NCBI RefSeq assembly: GCF_009914755.1
Contig: NC_060926.1
Strand: one strand, 5' to 3'
Origin: the human T2T-CHM13v2.0 reference genome, Homo sapiens
Length of the DNA: 64,000 bases
A model generated the notes under the pieces. That model did not search any database, was not told where the DNA came from, and worked only from the letters and a program-made list of their open reading frames with translations. Positions within the stretch are counted from its first letter, which is position 1. Each line of letters opens with the position of its first letter. Made by a program: the position numbers and the translations under genes. Of the stretch, positions 17,935 through 31,840 are shown piece by piece.

Positions 17935-18472
17935 GAAGCTCTTGAGGAGATGTTTGCATATCCATGTTCATAGCAGCACCATTCACAATAGCAATGAGGT
18001 GAAAGCAACCCAAATTTCCTTCCACCAATGAATGAATAAACAAAATTTTGTATATGCATACAATAGAATATTATTCAGCCCTAAAAATGGAAGAAATCCC
18101 ATCATATGCTACAAAGTGGATAAACCTTAAGGACACGATGCTAAGTGAAATGAGCCAATCACAAGAAGACAATTACTACATGGCTACATTTAAATGAGAT
18201 ATCTAAAGTAGTCAAATTCATAGAGACAGAAAGTAGACAGCCTTCTTGCAAAACAAGCAAACCAATGAGACTGGTTACCAGGGTCTGGGAGGGAGGAGGA
18301 AAAAAGGCAGTTGTTTAATGGGAACAGAATTTCGTTTTTGCAAAGTGAAAAAGTTCTGGAGATTGTTTGCACAACTATATGAATACGTTTAATACTATTG
18401 AATTGTACTCTTAAAGATGGCTAAGGTGGTAAATTTTATGTTATGTGTTCTTTATCACAATCAAGAAAAAAA
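17935..18472 (+). mobile_element. L1MB-type 3'-end fragment
   Basis: catgttcatagcagcaccattcacaatagc...atggctaaggtggtaaattttatgttatgtg; typical L1MB 3'UTR. Confidence 0.8.
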
Positions 18473-19424
18473 TACAGCCTAATAGATTTATTTTAATCAT
18501 TTGAATAAGAATCATTTTTCAATAATAACTGTACATTTCCTGTGTTCTCAAACAGTACGTACCAAATCTAATTTGACTCCTCCTTTAAGAGTTCAGATAG
18601 TGTATACAGTAGTAGGAGAGTGTTGACTTCAAAGCCTATTGAGCTGGGTGATAATATTTGCCTTTAGACAAAGTGGCCGAAAAATATCTTGTAGTTACTA
18701 AGTCTGTGTCTTGAGGGCTTTAATGCTGCTTTTGTTGTCAGACTCTGAACTTTTACTGCTTTTCTGTGGGCCAGGTCTCTTGCCTCCTCCACATTTGCTA
18801 AGGAACTGTAAGACACATTCATTCAAGTTTTGCATAAAATGAGGACAAAAAGATGCAGAATCAGGGGCAAAAAGTTTCTGCAAATCTCCTGAATTTTAGC
18901 ACCTGGTCTTGGGCACTCCTGCTTTTTTCTTCTTGGAAGCCTGCTATGGGGACCCTTGCCCACCTTTCCACAGGGGTCTACGTGGGCAATATCGCCAGCT
19001 CCAGGATCATGGATGGAGAAGGCAGAGGTTTAATAACAACTTGGCTCAAGAATCAATTGGCACACATATTACAAAGGTACATCTATGATCAAAATTAAGG
19101 GGCTCTCTGAGCAAACATAAATTCATCTCCTAAGAAAACACTGACTAGTTTTCTTCAGCATAGAATCAATATTATGAATATTTCTTTAATGCTACTTTGT
19201 TTCTTATTAAATAATGAAAAAATTATTCTATCCATGAAAAAAAGGCTAGCATTTTAAAAGAAGAGGGCATATTTTCAAGAACCAGTCTTAAGTGATGCTC
19301 ATTGGAGAGAAATGAGATGTCTTCTCATTCCTAACCAATCTACTGATGGATCTGAAGGCAGAGATTTTCTATTGAATTCTATATTTTAGAAAGTTTGTTT
19401 TGAAGCCCAGTTGTATCAGCTACA

Positions 19425-19660
19425 TGTGGCGAGGCAGCATGGGATGGGGATAGACACCTGACTGTAGTGCCAGGGCCAGGAATAAATCCTCACTCCACCG
19501 CTCACAAGCTCTGTGATCATATAGGATCCTCGATCACCCTGAGCCTCCTCTCCTCCATCTCTGAAATAGCAACACCTTTCTGCTTCCCCCAAAAGTTTGC
19601 CATAAGGATCCACTAAACCATAACTGTGAAAACACACTGCAAAGTGTTAGGTACCCACCC
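19425..19660 (+). mobile_element. MIR
   Basis: Degenerate MIR core (ctgagcctc...ctccatctctgaaatag). Confidence 0.55.
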
Positions 19661-21159
19661 AAACGTGAGGTGTTTTTGCTGATGGCCATTTGGCAAATGC
19701 AAAGCCTTCTGCTGTTGACACAATTGCACTTGGCAATTTGGATGTTGCTGACAAAGAGGGTAAAGGTGGGAACATTTGCCTTGAACTTCAGTTTTAAAAT
19801 AAAGTTGAAAAGGTTTTTCACAAATCTTGTCAAACGAGGTGGGCCCAGGGTTTGCGTACGTCCATGTCCACATTGGTCCTTTTTCCCTGAGCGCCTGCTC
19901 CGGCTCCCTGGGCCATTTGCCGACCTCTCTTTCCACTCCAGCCTTCTTTCAAAACAAAACAAACCAATGAGTAAACTCATGTCATTTTCTCTTTTTAATA
20001 ATCCAAATGCAGTTTCCAGGAGACTAGCATACCTTGACAAAATGAGCTTTGTACAGGTACAGTCTGCCACTCTGGAATCTCTGTCTCACCTGGTCAGGGA
20101 CCACAGCCCTGATGCCACATTTGAAGCCAGGTGATGCCAGGTTCACCTGCAGTCACCCGGGTTCCCAGGCCACCACTGATGTTGGTTCAGGCATTCCCTG
20201 AACAGCTTTTCATTGTCACACTACTTTACTAACGTGTCCTAGAAAATCATTAGCAATGATAAAATATTTTCCAGAGCTCCAAGATTTTTCTTCCTGGTGA
20301 CTTTTAACCTCTCTGAGGCTCCTTGTTCTGTCAGTGCCCACCCTTTGGGGCTCCAAACATATGCAACTTAATTAGTTTTAATACTTTAACCGTTTAAATA
20401 GCTAACAGTAGAACTTAGACTGCCCCCTGCCCCGACCCAACTCCCACTGTCTATGTGTCTGAGGTTGTCAGACCAAGATGGAAAAATACCTCTAATTGTT
20501 TCCAGACAATACACGAAGCTCTCACCCTGGATGAGAGTCAGTATAACTTACATTTTCACAAAGGACCTCGGGCAGCCGGTGGGAGATTCCTGCAAGCTGT
20601 GCTTCTTTGCAGATTCCAATTCAATGGAAAATAAAATCCACTTTCAAACCTGAACTAGGAGCTTTCACTCCCCTAGGTTATTCCTGGATGAGTAGATACA
20701 GCCGGGTTTTTTTTTCAATAACCTACATTTCTTTTTGGATCTTAATAGATTTTTTATCTTGACCTTGTATGTCAGAAAGCAAATAACTTGGCCCAGAGGA
20801 AATGACAACTCCAAATTGGAATATGGCAAACACGGATTCTTCTGCACCCCATTTGGACCTAACAATTAATCTATGTGGTATTCTTTTTCTATCTCTAGGA
20901 ATGCCTCCCTACTCAAGAATGTCCTCTCTGGGCCCGAAATTCTGTCACTAAGAGATTCATTTATTTGCACATAGATTAGTTGGCTTTCAGAACTTGCACG
21001 ATATCAATTCAAATACATCATTGGCAGTTAACATCATAGCAAGACTTTGATCAACAAAGTTTTTAAACTGTGTCTGAATGGGACTCTAGATTCCAACTGT
21101 GGGATGGAAAATCCTGAGGGAGGAAGAGAAAACAGTAGAAAAAGATGAGTAAACCCTAC

Positions 21160-21330
21160 ATTTATTCACATCTCGTTATGTGCCAGACACATTCTACTCT
21201 TCATCTCATATCTACTCCATGAGATTCCAGTGAGGTAGATATTACTGACCCCACCTTAGAGATGGAGACTGGAGTTCAAATAGACTAAAGAAATTGCTCA
21301 GGGTCACAGAGAGAGCACTAACTTGAACCT
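21160..21330 (-). mobile_element. MIR
   Basis: atgtgccagacac...gaggtagatattactgaccccaccttagagatg. Confidence 0.6.
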
Positions 21331-21869
21331 TGCTGATTTTTTTTTTAAATGTCAGTACATGCAGATCTGATTCTAAATATTTTTTATTTCAATCAACCCA
21401 GGTTTTTGCAGTAGATATTAAGTATCCTTTTTTCTGTAATAAATAGTAAACTAATATCTAATTATTAAATTACAGAATGTTTACTTGTGTGCCACCTCGT
21501 CAATTCACCTGGCATTTCCCCTGGGAACACCAACCACAATTTAGGAAATGGTCCCATGCTAAAGGCTGTTTTTGGTAGCAAGAAGACTTGATGGAAGAAA
21601 TGCTCATTTGTTTCTGAGGGGAGACTCAAGCGATGTTTCTCCAAAGCAGCTTCTTGCACCAGAGCTCATCTCTGATGAAATTTTCAGTGATCTGCAGTAG
21701 GGCTTCCATTCATCCTTTCTTGGGAGAAGGCTGTCTCTTTTGTTTGCTTTTTTTTTTCCTGTAATTTTGTTCCTGATAAGTATGTACTTGTTATTTTATT
21801 TTTTATTTTACAGAATAGTGGGGAGAGTATTTGGAAAGTTGTTCTTTACTAAAATCTTTAGTTGGATAA

Positions 21870-22370
21870 AACAGCAAACTGTATACATATCCCTGTGCAT
21901 ATTGGGTGTATTTCTGTAGGCTACTATACATGTGCAAAAAGAAGCACATGCAAAAGGAAATAAGGAATGTTAAATAAATCTTGGTAGAATCATACTAAGG
22001 AGTTATGTGGAGCAGTTTAAGAAGAATGAGATAGCGCTGCATTGACACAGGAAAATCACCGAGATTAAGAGGGGGAAAAAAAAGAAAGTGACGTTGAATA
22101 AAGGTACTGAATGATGCTGTCTATATAAAGAAACCATCCAAAGTATGTGCTTCTATGTAGACTTATGTATGTATGTAAGTGTATAGAGAAAGATCTGGAA
22201 GATGAAACAAAGATGAAACCAGTGTGATCAGTTTGCTGTGCCTCCTTCAGAAAACACTGAGATTAGATGGATGTCATCGGAGACTTTTGCCTTATCTATA
22301 CAGTTTAACATTTTTTAATAAGGAGCACATGTATAGTTGCCACTTATACAATTAGAAAATAAATGAAAAC
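21870..22370 (+). mobile_element. Old L1M 3' fragment
   Basis: Decayed L1 3'UTR-like sequence. Confidence 0.45.
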
Positions 22371-23654
22371 TTTTAAAGTGCCAAACCTTATGTCAGTTTT
22401 CTTGTATTATTATTATATTTGTCTACTTGTTGTTGTTATTGTTATTCATATTTAATTTTACCTAGTTTTTCCCACAATCCGTGTGTCTGTGGGCTAGAGT
22501 AGAGCCAAGGTAAGGATTCACAAGGTAAAGTGCACAAAAAAGGTCGTCTTTAATAATTATCATCATAATAATCATTCATTTTTAAAGAGCAGTGTATAAA
22601 CTAGTCCAATACCATGACTTTCATTCATATCATATACATGAATTAAAGTTTAATTCTTTGAAACTTAGCATTGCAGTATTTCATGCATAATAACAGTTTG
22701 TAATACTTGTTTGTCTGTTACCACCATTCCTCTAAGGTCCTCCAAAGGACCTAAGATTATTATCCTACACTTTGTATTTGAGGAGACTGAGGCACTGATT
22801 TTGAAAAGGATTGCCTGTGCTGCTCTATTACAGCAGCTCAAGCATGCAAGTTTTCAGGAACAAATCACAGAGAACACTTGGTATGACTTTTCCCCACACC
22901 ATCCACTCAGCCTCTCAGACCTCTAAAGCAAAGTCTGCCCATCAGCTCTGCCCCAGCCTGAAAAGGGCCCATGTCCAACTTTCAAGCATTTGTCTCTTAC
23001 GTCATCGTCAGCCTTGTGCACTAGACTTGGAATCAACATCAAGGTAAGCCTTGGGGAGAGATCAGATTTGTAGATCTGGAAACTTCAAGCCAATACGACA
23101 GCAGTTCCTTGGACATTCAATCCAAAAGCCCCACTTGGTGGTGGGGAGTTGGGGGGGTGAGCCCATGGATCCGTACCAGAGACCAGCCTGCCTCTGGAGG
23201 TGTTCCAGGCTCTGATGCAACCAACAGCCACAGACTTGGTAAAGGACAAACATCTCCACTGCTCAGTATGCATCAATCACTGCCCTTAGTCAGTGCTGAA
23301 CCAGGGGCCTGAGTTCTTAACACAGAGTGGCAATCATTTCCTTTCCTGCAGCCTTTGGATTATGGAAGATTTGGGGGGATTGTTTGGTTCCTTTGGACCT
23401 CAACTTCAGAGCCTCCCCCACCAGAACTCTGGATATATTGCCTCCTAGAAATCAATCCAAATTTTACCCTTTTATTTCTGCTTATTAACAAGGATAAAAA
23501 AGGCATTAGCTGGGTCTCCTGGTCCCATATATCTAGGGAAGATCAGCTCAGGTCTACATACCAAACCCTGTAGAAGTCCAAAATCCTCAGTTCTGTAAAT
23601 GAGGTATTAACAGAGATCAAAATGATAGATTCCTGTCTGAACTCACTGTCCACA

Positions 23655-23850
23655 TTTGAAGCTCAGTCCCACTATCTCACAGTGCTGTGATCTCGGGCAA
23701 AGTTATTTAACATCTTGTGCCTTTTCTCTTCTGTGTACTAGATAAAATAATACTATTTCATAGGATATTATAAGGGCTAAAATATGCCTGTGGAGGACTT
23801 AGCATAGAATCAAGCAAAATAATTACCCTATTTAAAATTAGCTGTTTTAT
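23655..23850 (+). mobile_element. MIR
   Basis: ctgtgatctcgggcaaagttatttaacatc core. Confidence 0.6.
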
Positions 23851-26800
23851 TGGTGTCATGCAAGATCCTCGGTGACAAAACAGCTGTGACAAAGCAGTGG
23901 CATTCATGTGTCCGTCCTGGTTCTCAAACTTCTGACCAGAAAAGATAAGTACAATTAATAGATAGCAAAGCCTTAAATTTAAATGGTTTAAGCTCTTTTG
24001 GTGAAATTTCTAATACCAGTGAGCTGATGTGGAGCCTGCTGGATAACTCTGAAACCCATTTCTGGTTTCACCCTAGCCTTTTCTGACTTCTATAGGCTAG
24101 CCTACAATATTTGGTGAGCAATACCTCAAGCCCTTCCTTTAAAAAGCATCCAGCTGGTTAGCCAGTGGCTACCACATAGGATTCCCCCTAGTCATAGCCA
24201 AGTGTGTCTCCTTAATTCTCACCCTTAGACCCAATGATGCTTCATCCTCACCTACTCAGAATCATGATTATGAACTTGCCACAGAGCTCCCATAGGAGAC
24301 CCCAAGACTCATGTCTTAGTTTGTGCTATTTCATATTAGGACTTATTGTTAGAGTAAGCATCCAAATACCATGTAAGTGGGCAAGGGACTGATATTATCA
24401 AGGTAAAACAGCTTAAAAGAGGAATTCAAAATGATCTTTCATTTTCTAAACTGTAACCACCAGTTAAAAACCAACATTCCGATTCTTACTAACAGTGATG
24501 ATATTTCCCCCTGTAGTAGTCAAAGGTTCAATTGAGTCAGATTAATACTTTTATCCATAGCTGTCTATCTGTACCTTTTGGATCTTAAACCATCCCACCA
24601 TGCAGTGGAAGCCACTTAAATATTTGATAAGGGAATGAACAGTCTCCGGGGAAATTTAACATTGTACCAAAAACTTTGTATGTATTTTCAGAGCTATTTA
24701 TTAACTAAATATAATAACCGATAGCAAAAGCACACATCAGTGGATAGTATTTTGCATTGAGACTATAACAAATCTCAATTCTATTTCTTGACTGTAGCTT
24801 GTTTAAAATAAAAACCAAAACTGTGAAAAGAAAGAAAAGGTCAGAGAAAGTAAACTTGATTTCAGAACTGCAGAAGTATAAAAAAATAAAATTACAAAGA
24901 CAAAATTTATTCTTAGGCTATTAAATCTCTTTGGTAAATGGTCATTTAGGCTAGGAAAATGCTATAGGATAATGGTCTCAAGATACTCACTTCTTATAAC
25001 TCAAAACGATGGCCCTGAAATCTTGACAATTACAAATTTTAGCTCCATGTCAAAGAAAAGAAAAAGCCCAATGGTTCATCATGTGCATCATAAACACGCC
25101 CACTCCAAGCTCCCTGTTGTGGGTCCTGGAACACTTCTAGGCCATGGGGGTGAGGAGGTAGCCAAGAAGTAGCTGCTTGGAGGGGGAGGAGGCAGAACTT
25201 GAACCATGGACTGTGATGCCTGCACCTGTGAACCCAGGGCCTTTGTGGCAGGAGAGAAAAAGTAGGGAAGAGGTGTGGGGAGGCAAGTCACACTGCAGCA
25301 TAGGGCTACAAGAAGTCAAAAAATTCTACATTTAAATTCAGCCTTTCAGTTCTTTATAAGGTGTCTTGTCAAGGCAGAAAGATTGAAGTGTTTACTTGGC
25401 AGTTTTTATAACTTTTTGAAATTCAGATGTGTATGTGAGCCTTTGTTTCTGCTCTTCCCTCAGACTTCACACAGTTAGGAGCCGGTCTGCCCCCAACCTC
25501 TCGATAGAGCATTTATAATTTATAAAGCCCTTTTATACGTGGTCACCAAATCCTCCCAACCACCCCATTTCACAGAAAGAAACAACTAAAAACCATCTGA
25601 GTCTCAAGGAGGTTCCTTGACATATCCAAATCACATGGGCAATAAGAAGTATTGTTTTACCTCTCCCAGGCAGGAGGCATCTTGGATACAGGTTAAGAAG
25701 CAAATCAAGGTCACAACCATCATCTTAGGGGATGGAGTTTTGGCCTCTCATGCAACCGTCGATGTACAAAAGTCTGGGAGGAATTCCCTGTTTCCAAGAT
25801 GCCCTGTTTGTGGGTCAAGAGGAAGGAGAAGCATTGGGAGGAACTGTGGAGGGTATGCAGGCAAAGGCCCAGGAACCCTGAAGGAATCAAACTCTCAACA
25901 TCCAAACCACTGCTTAACATCATTGTCCTTCAGTTACTAATCTTCTGTCATTTAAGCAAGTGGCCTAATAATGACTTTGTTATTTGTATTCCATATTTAT
26001 ACATTAGATTTAAAATCATCCCAAGGAAATGCCAGACACTAGGCTGAGTCTTACAGTAGCTTCTTATCTTCTCTCTTGTCTGGAAAAGAAAAATGGTACA
26101 AGTTACTCTACAGGGCTCCAAGCAAGTGCCCAATCAAACCTGGGGCAATGTGACATTACTCATTATCAGGACCATTGGAGCACGTGGTAGATTTAAGGCC
26201 ATCCAAAGGAATTATAGACGAAAGATTGATGCTCTTTCTTATGGGTCCCATCAGTTTGAAGACCTTAGAAAACTAAATTTAAAACAAAGATGGTTTATAG
26301 GTACAAGAAGGAATAATGTTGCTATTTGAAATAAATCAATCAACCCTTTAGAGATAGAGCTTTTCTTTAGAAACTGGAACAAAAATTGACCTTGCTGAGC
26401 CAAGAAATGTCATAGACTTTAAAAGATTTCCAAGATCAATGATATATTTTTAAATCACTTTCCATAAGCAAATCAGTCTTATCTTGTAATATGGCAGAAG
26501 GAAAGCTATGGTAGTCATTCCCGAAAGTGCCATTGTAGGTCAAAGATGAGATCATAGTGGAGAATCAAGCAAACTCTCATTTTCATCACATTGAAATCTG
26601 AGTGTCTTGGGAGCAAGGCTCTAAACTGGAAGCCTGTGATGTCATTTCTAGGATGGTTATGCTCTGCATATATGCTCACCTATATGCTTTAGTTCAGTGT
26701 TAAAAACTACTGCTAAGTGTCAAAAACCAAAAACAAAACCACTTGAGACAAGATGCTTTTAAGATGCTCATTGTGCTTTGCAACTGATTGAAGTTGCTTA

Positions 26801-27719
26801 ATCTAAGAGATCTGAACAAGCTTTCTTCTGCAATCTTGGATTCACCTTTCTTCATTATGTTAAATAGCCGCTTTGGTTTTTTCATGTTTCTTTCCTCTCT
26901 GTCCTCTTACTCCTCTGCTCTCCATTTCATTCTTCTCCACTTTTGTTCTCTTTGTTTTTCTAGGAACGCTTTTCCCTTTTTCTGACTGACATTTCTAATT
27001 CTCTGTGGAACTGCGAAATTCTTCCTATCCGTGCCCTCTGTTCTTCCCCATCTGGGATTCAGTGCAAAGAATTGCCTTGTAGCCCATGTTTGAAGATTTC
27101 TCTAGTCAGAATCATCATTCCCAGGTGTGCCCATTTTATAATTAGAAAATAGCAACCAAGAGTCATTCCTCTGAGGCCACAGCTGATGTAGCTCAAGCTC
27201 TTGATGGTTATAAATTGGTATCCACCTTACAGAGTCAAAAGCTTTCTCTGAGCTAAAAACTCCAAGAGCATTTATCATTTGCATCATTCTTGTGACCAAA
27301 TGGCTCCCCTTGTTGGCTTCAGTAAAGGTCTCCAGGGAGCCTGATCTTTGCATCTATTTTGAACCTCTGAAGTGTCAAGCAGCCTCCACTAGCTCCTTAG
27401 CTGTGTGAAAGACCCCAAGCTATTTAGAAGAAACAATGTTGAATATTTTAAGCCTGATAGTAGGATTCCTAGAAGCTAGGATTAAGAGTCTCCAACTAAC
27501 ATAGGAATTTGAGAGCTATGGCAAAGCCTTGGTAAGAAAGGAAGGGATTCCAGAAGGAGAAAAGTAGCAAATGCAGAGCCGAGTTGAAAATCCTATGTCC
27601 CATCTTGGGACACAGAGAGAGGTGGAGAGGAAGGTCAGGTGAAAAAGGACCACTGACCTTGACTCTGGCAATAAATCAAGCACACACTCAACACCCCAAA
27701 ACTGCAACTGTTGTGTAAT

Positions 27720-27935
27720 AACAGAAAACATTTCCTAATAGCCTATGTGCTACACTAAGTGTAGATCATCTCACTTGGTCCTCAAAATGAGGAGGGTACA
27801 AACTTATTAGCTCCAATTTTCCAGACATGGCAACTGAGGCTTCACTATTAATTTAACAAAAGTCATAAGAGGTGAAAAAGTAGGATTTGAACTCACCCAT
27901 TCTGGCTCCAAAGTCTGAGCTGGTAATCACTAACA
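27720..27935 (-). mobile_element. MIR
   Basis: caactgaggc...aggatttgaactcacccattctggctccaaagtc. Confidence 0.6.
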
Positions 27936-28734
27936 TCACTGTTTAAGGATAGTTGAAACAGATGCTGCCTGTAGCATCTTCTTCTTGGGGGAAAGGGAAA
28001 ATGACAGTGCTCAGTGGAGCAGCCAGAGCCCTGGAGCCCTTGCAGGGTGGAATCCTTAGTCCCAGGCTCTTCAGGGATTGGCTATAGCAAAACCAGGAGC
28101 AATTGGGGAGTCAGAAGTGAGCCTGTAGTGGGACTGGTGTGGGGTGTCTGAGGGAAGAGCTATAATGGTGATGTTACTACCAGCTGCCAAGTCACGTGGA
28201 GAGAGAGAGGGGCTACGCATGGACCCACTCAAGAGGAGAGCAGGAACTAGATGCCTTTGAGTGGTTGATGGCATATTTGGGAGGCTTAATAATTAAACCA
28301 GACAGTGACAAGACTCGAATGTCTTTATACCTCATCTCTGAATGTGACACTGCATGCATCTTGTCTTCCCAGCTTCACTCTACACTCAGTGAGGGCAGGA
28401 ATAAGCTTTTCCCTTCCTTAGCTCCCCCAAAATGAAAGCAACTAACACTCATTTATTTATTTAGAGATTAAACATTCATCCATATTTTGGAAAGAGCTCA
28501 GCTCTGTAGACTCATCTCTGCTGGCTAGGAACTGGTGACTCGAACAAAAGTAATGGATTCTTTGAAAAAACTCCCTTGAAGTATTATTCCAGGTGTGTGC
28601 CTATGTGTATTTGAGGAAGGAGGAAATGTGGAGTTTATTGTGCATCTACTATGAGCCAGGCACCATGCCAGACATACTAGGAATGTTTTCTCATTTACTC
28701 CTCCAATGATTAAATAAGGTAGGAAAAATCAGTA

Positions 28735-29250
28735 ATATGCATCTGGATGGCAGATGCACCTGACAGCAAAGACTTCGGCATTACCTGAGAATTATTAACC
28801 TGTATGCCAGACACACCTGACAGCAATAACTTCCCTTAAGCACACCCTGAAAATGACCCTATGGTCTGAGAAGAATGTGTGTTCAGAGTCTTGAGCTAAG
28901 GAATCCAGGAGTGGCCAACCCAGAGATTCATTTTCTATCTATGAGGAACATCTGAACTGCTGGCCTATCCCTTGGAATGCAGGTTGTACAGGAGATCAAG
29001 GCCCTTTGTTTTGGGTTAAATGAAGGTTGCCAGGTGGAGGTTGCTATGGGGAGAGTGCTAAGTGAAAATGCTACATAAACTGCATGCTTTTTACAAATAG
29101 GAGTGATTGTTTCGTCCAGTCTGCTGCCACTGAACCACCCTGTATGTAAGTCCCCTCAATAAACCCTATGTCTCTTTTGCTGGCTCTAGGTCTTTGGCCT
29201 CTTGAACATGGTGTCATTCCTGTTGAACTCAACAGGGATCCAGCACAACA
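28735..29250 (+). mobile_element. Solo LTR, ERVL class (LTR32/LTR47-like), inserted within a MIR
   Basis: gcacctgacagcaataactt...gagctaaggaatccaggagtggccaacccagagattca; AATAAA at 29158; ends ...acaaCA. MIR sequence on both sides (28630-28730 and 29255-29345). Confidence 0.75.
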
Positions 29251-29491
29251 GCATCTTATACCGATGCAAAAACTTAGAGGCCCAAATGTACATGTTTAAT
29301 GAATCACATGAGCCCAGATCATTCTGGCTCTGAAACCTATCTTTTCCCCCATTTCACTGAGAGATTTGCCTAATAGAGAACAGGTCTTTCTGGGATAACA
29401 ATTTCCTGGTCCCTTCAGTCCCTGTGGCCACTGGCTTTGGGCCTCCATAAATAATTTTCCAAATCCTGGGATTCCTCCCCCAATGCTGAGG

Positions 29492-30026
29492 CTGCTATGG
29501 TGGTTAAATGCACTAGATAGCATAACTTAAGCATACCCTTAAAATGAGCCTGCATAGCAGATGTACCTGAATGTGTGCCCTGAGCTCAGGGATCTGGGAG
29601 TGGCCAACCCAGAGATTCATTCCTTGTCTATAAGGAACATCTGAGTCTCCCACCTGTCCTATGGAAGATAGGCCACACAGGGAACTGAGGCCCTGAGTTT
29701 TGGGTTGGATGAAGGTTGCTAGGTGTAGGTGGTTAAGGGGAGGGTGTCAAGTGAAAATGCTATATAAACTGCATGCTGTTTGCCAGTGGCTGCAGTTTTC
29801 TTGTCCAGCCCACTGCCGTTGGGCCATGCAGATATCTTGTCCAGCCTGCTGCCACTGGATCATAGGTAAGGTGGATACATTATCCAGCCAGCTGCCACTG
29901 GACTCTTTCCTCTGTATGTGAGCCCCTAGTAAAACCTCATGTCTTGTTTGCTGGCTCTAGGTCTCCTCTTCGGCCTCTTGAACCTAGTACCTTCCCTATT
30001 GAGGTGAATAGGGGTTCAGCCCAACA
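29492..30026 (+). mobile_element. Second solo LTR of the same ERVL group (LTR32/LTR47-like)
   Basis: Shares blocks with the 28735 LTR (gagtggccaacccagagattcatt; aagtgaaaatgcta-ataaactgcatgc); ends ...cccaaCA; 5' boundary approximate. Confidence 0.72.
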
Positions 30027-30070
30027 TACTGTCAGTAGGACAGGGAGAAGAGCAAATCCCTGGCAATGTG

Positions 30071-30072
<2 letters not shown>

Positions 30073-30103
<31 letters not shown>
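30073..30103. repeat. (CA)n microsatellite
   Basis: Directly visible. Confidence 0.95.
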
Positions 30104-30107
<4 letters not shown>

Positions 30108-31482
30108 GTGAATAAAATAGGCACCAATGGCTCAGTGTCCATATCTGAATAATTAGTATTCTTAGGATCTGCTTTAGTACATACTCTCCTGCTCAGCAAT
30201 TCAGTAGGTTTTCAAGACGCTTCAACAGCTCCTTCTCCTTTACATAAAGTGTGTCTGCTGATGATCCATACAGCCCGTGTCACTCCAAAGAGGGCTCGCA
30301 GCATTCTTCCTAGCCTGGCCCCATGTCAGGCTACAACACTTGCAGAGGAGGAGAATGGAACTTTCTGTCCATAAAATGACGTCATGGCAATGGAGCTTTC
30401 TCTGGGGCTCCTCAGCCTTGATCCCAAGTGCCAAAGAACAAGAAAATTTGTGCAATAAATAAACGAGGAAAAAAGAGAACTCTCTTCCTGCTTTCAGGAA
30501 ACATTAAACCAAGTTCACCCGGCCTCTGTTTCTAAAGTCGTCACCAAAAAAACTGTAGTCAGTGAGCCTAATGGAACTTGGATTTTATAGCCAGCTGTGT
30601 TTGAAGACAGTGATATTCTACTTTGAGAGCCCAAGGTGAGATGCTTCCAAATAAACTTTCCATACGTGAAAAGTGAGGGGAAGAGGAGTCCCCAGTAGGA
30701 CAGAATCTCAAGATGTCACCAGGGCAGCTCTCTGCTTCCAAACAGCCAACACCCATACACACTCTCCGCATCTTGGTCTCTCTGCAGCACCCCAAAGCTC
30801 CCAATCATGACCTGTCTAGAGCTCAAACTGCCTCACAAGGGTTTCTGTATAAAGGGATAACAATAACTAGCACATGTGTGCCCTCACCTTTTCCTCCCCT
30901 TGGCATCTACAAGGTAATTCCGCACACTCAGCCTTGAGGGTGTTTGCCTCCTTCAGCCCTGTGTAGTCGGTCCTGCCTTCTGAGAGGAGATTCTTGACTA
31001 CTGTACTCTGGAGGAGGGTTTTTGGAAAGCAGTCCCAGAATGCAGGAGCAATGGACTGAGGGGGGGGGGGTAAAAGGGAACATGTGAGAAGTGTGGGGGC
31101 CCAAGTTTTCCATCCACACACGGCATTTGAGAAGTTCAAGTCGAGGGCTTGATTTATTTTGAAATTACTTCTGATTGCATGGACTGTGTTCTTTCAGCCG
31201 TAACACTTCAAGACCAAATCTCATGGGGTGTGACTTCATAAGCATTACGCTGGTGTTTCCAAAACCAGGTCTTGTGAGGCTGTGGGCAGCGTGACGGGGC
31301 TTGTTGAGAACCCTGAGAGCAAGGAGTGCTCTATCCCAAGTGAGTAAGGGCCCCACGCCACAGTCAACCCAAAATGCCAGACAGCTGTTTAGCTTTACAG
31401 TGATTTCAAGGCAATCCAATACACTTTCATTTCTTTGAGGAGTTATGAAGAGGTTCTGGGAATCTTTGAGGCAGAAAAGTCA

Positions 31483-31840
<358 letters not shown>

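Noticed and set aside
19534-20134. Overlapping 107-178 aa ORFs on both strands
   Set aside because: No recognisable protein similarity, partly MIR-derived, alternative start codons.
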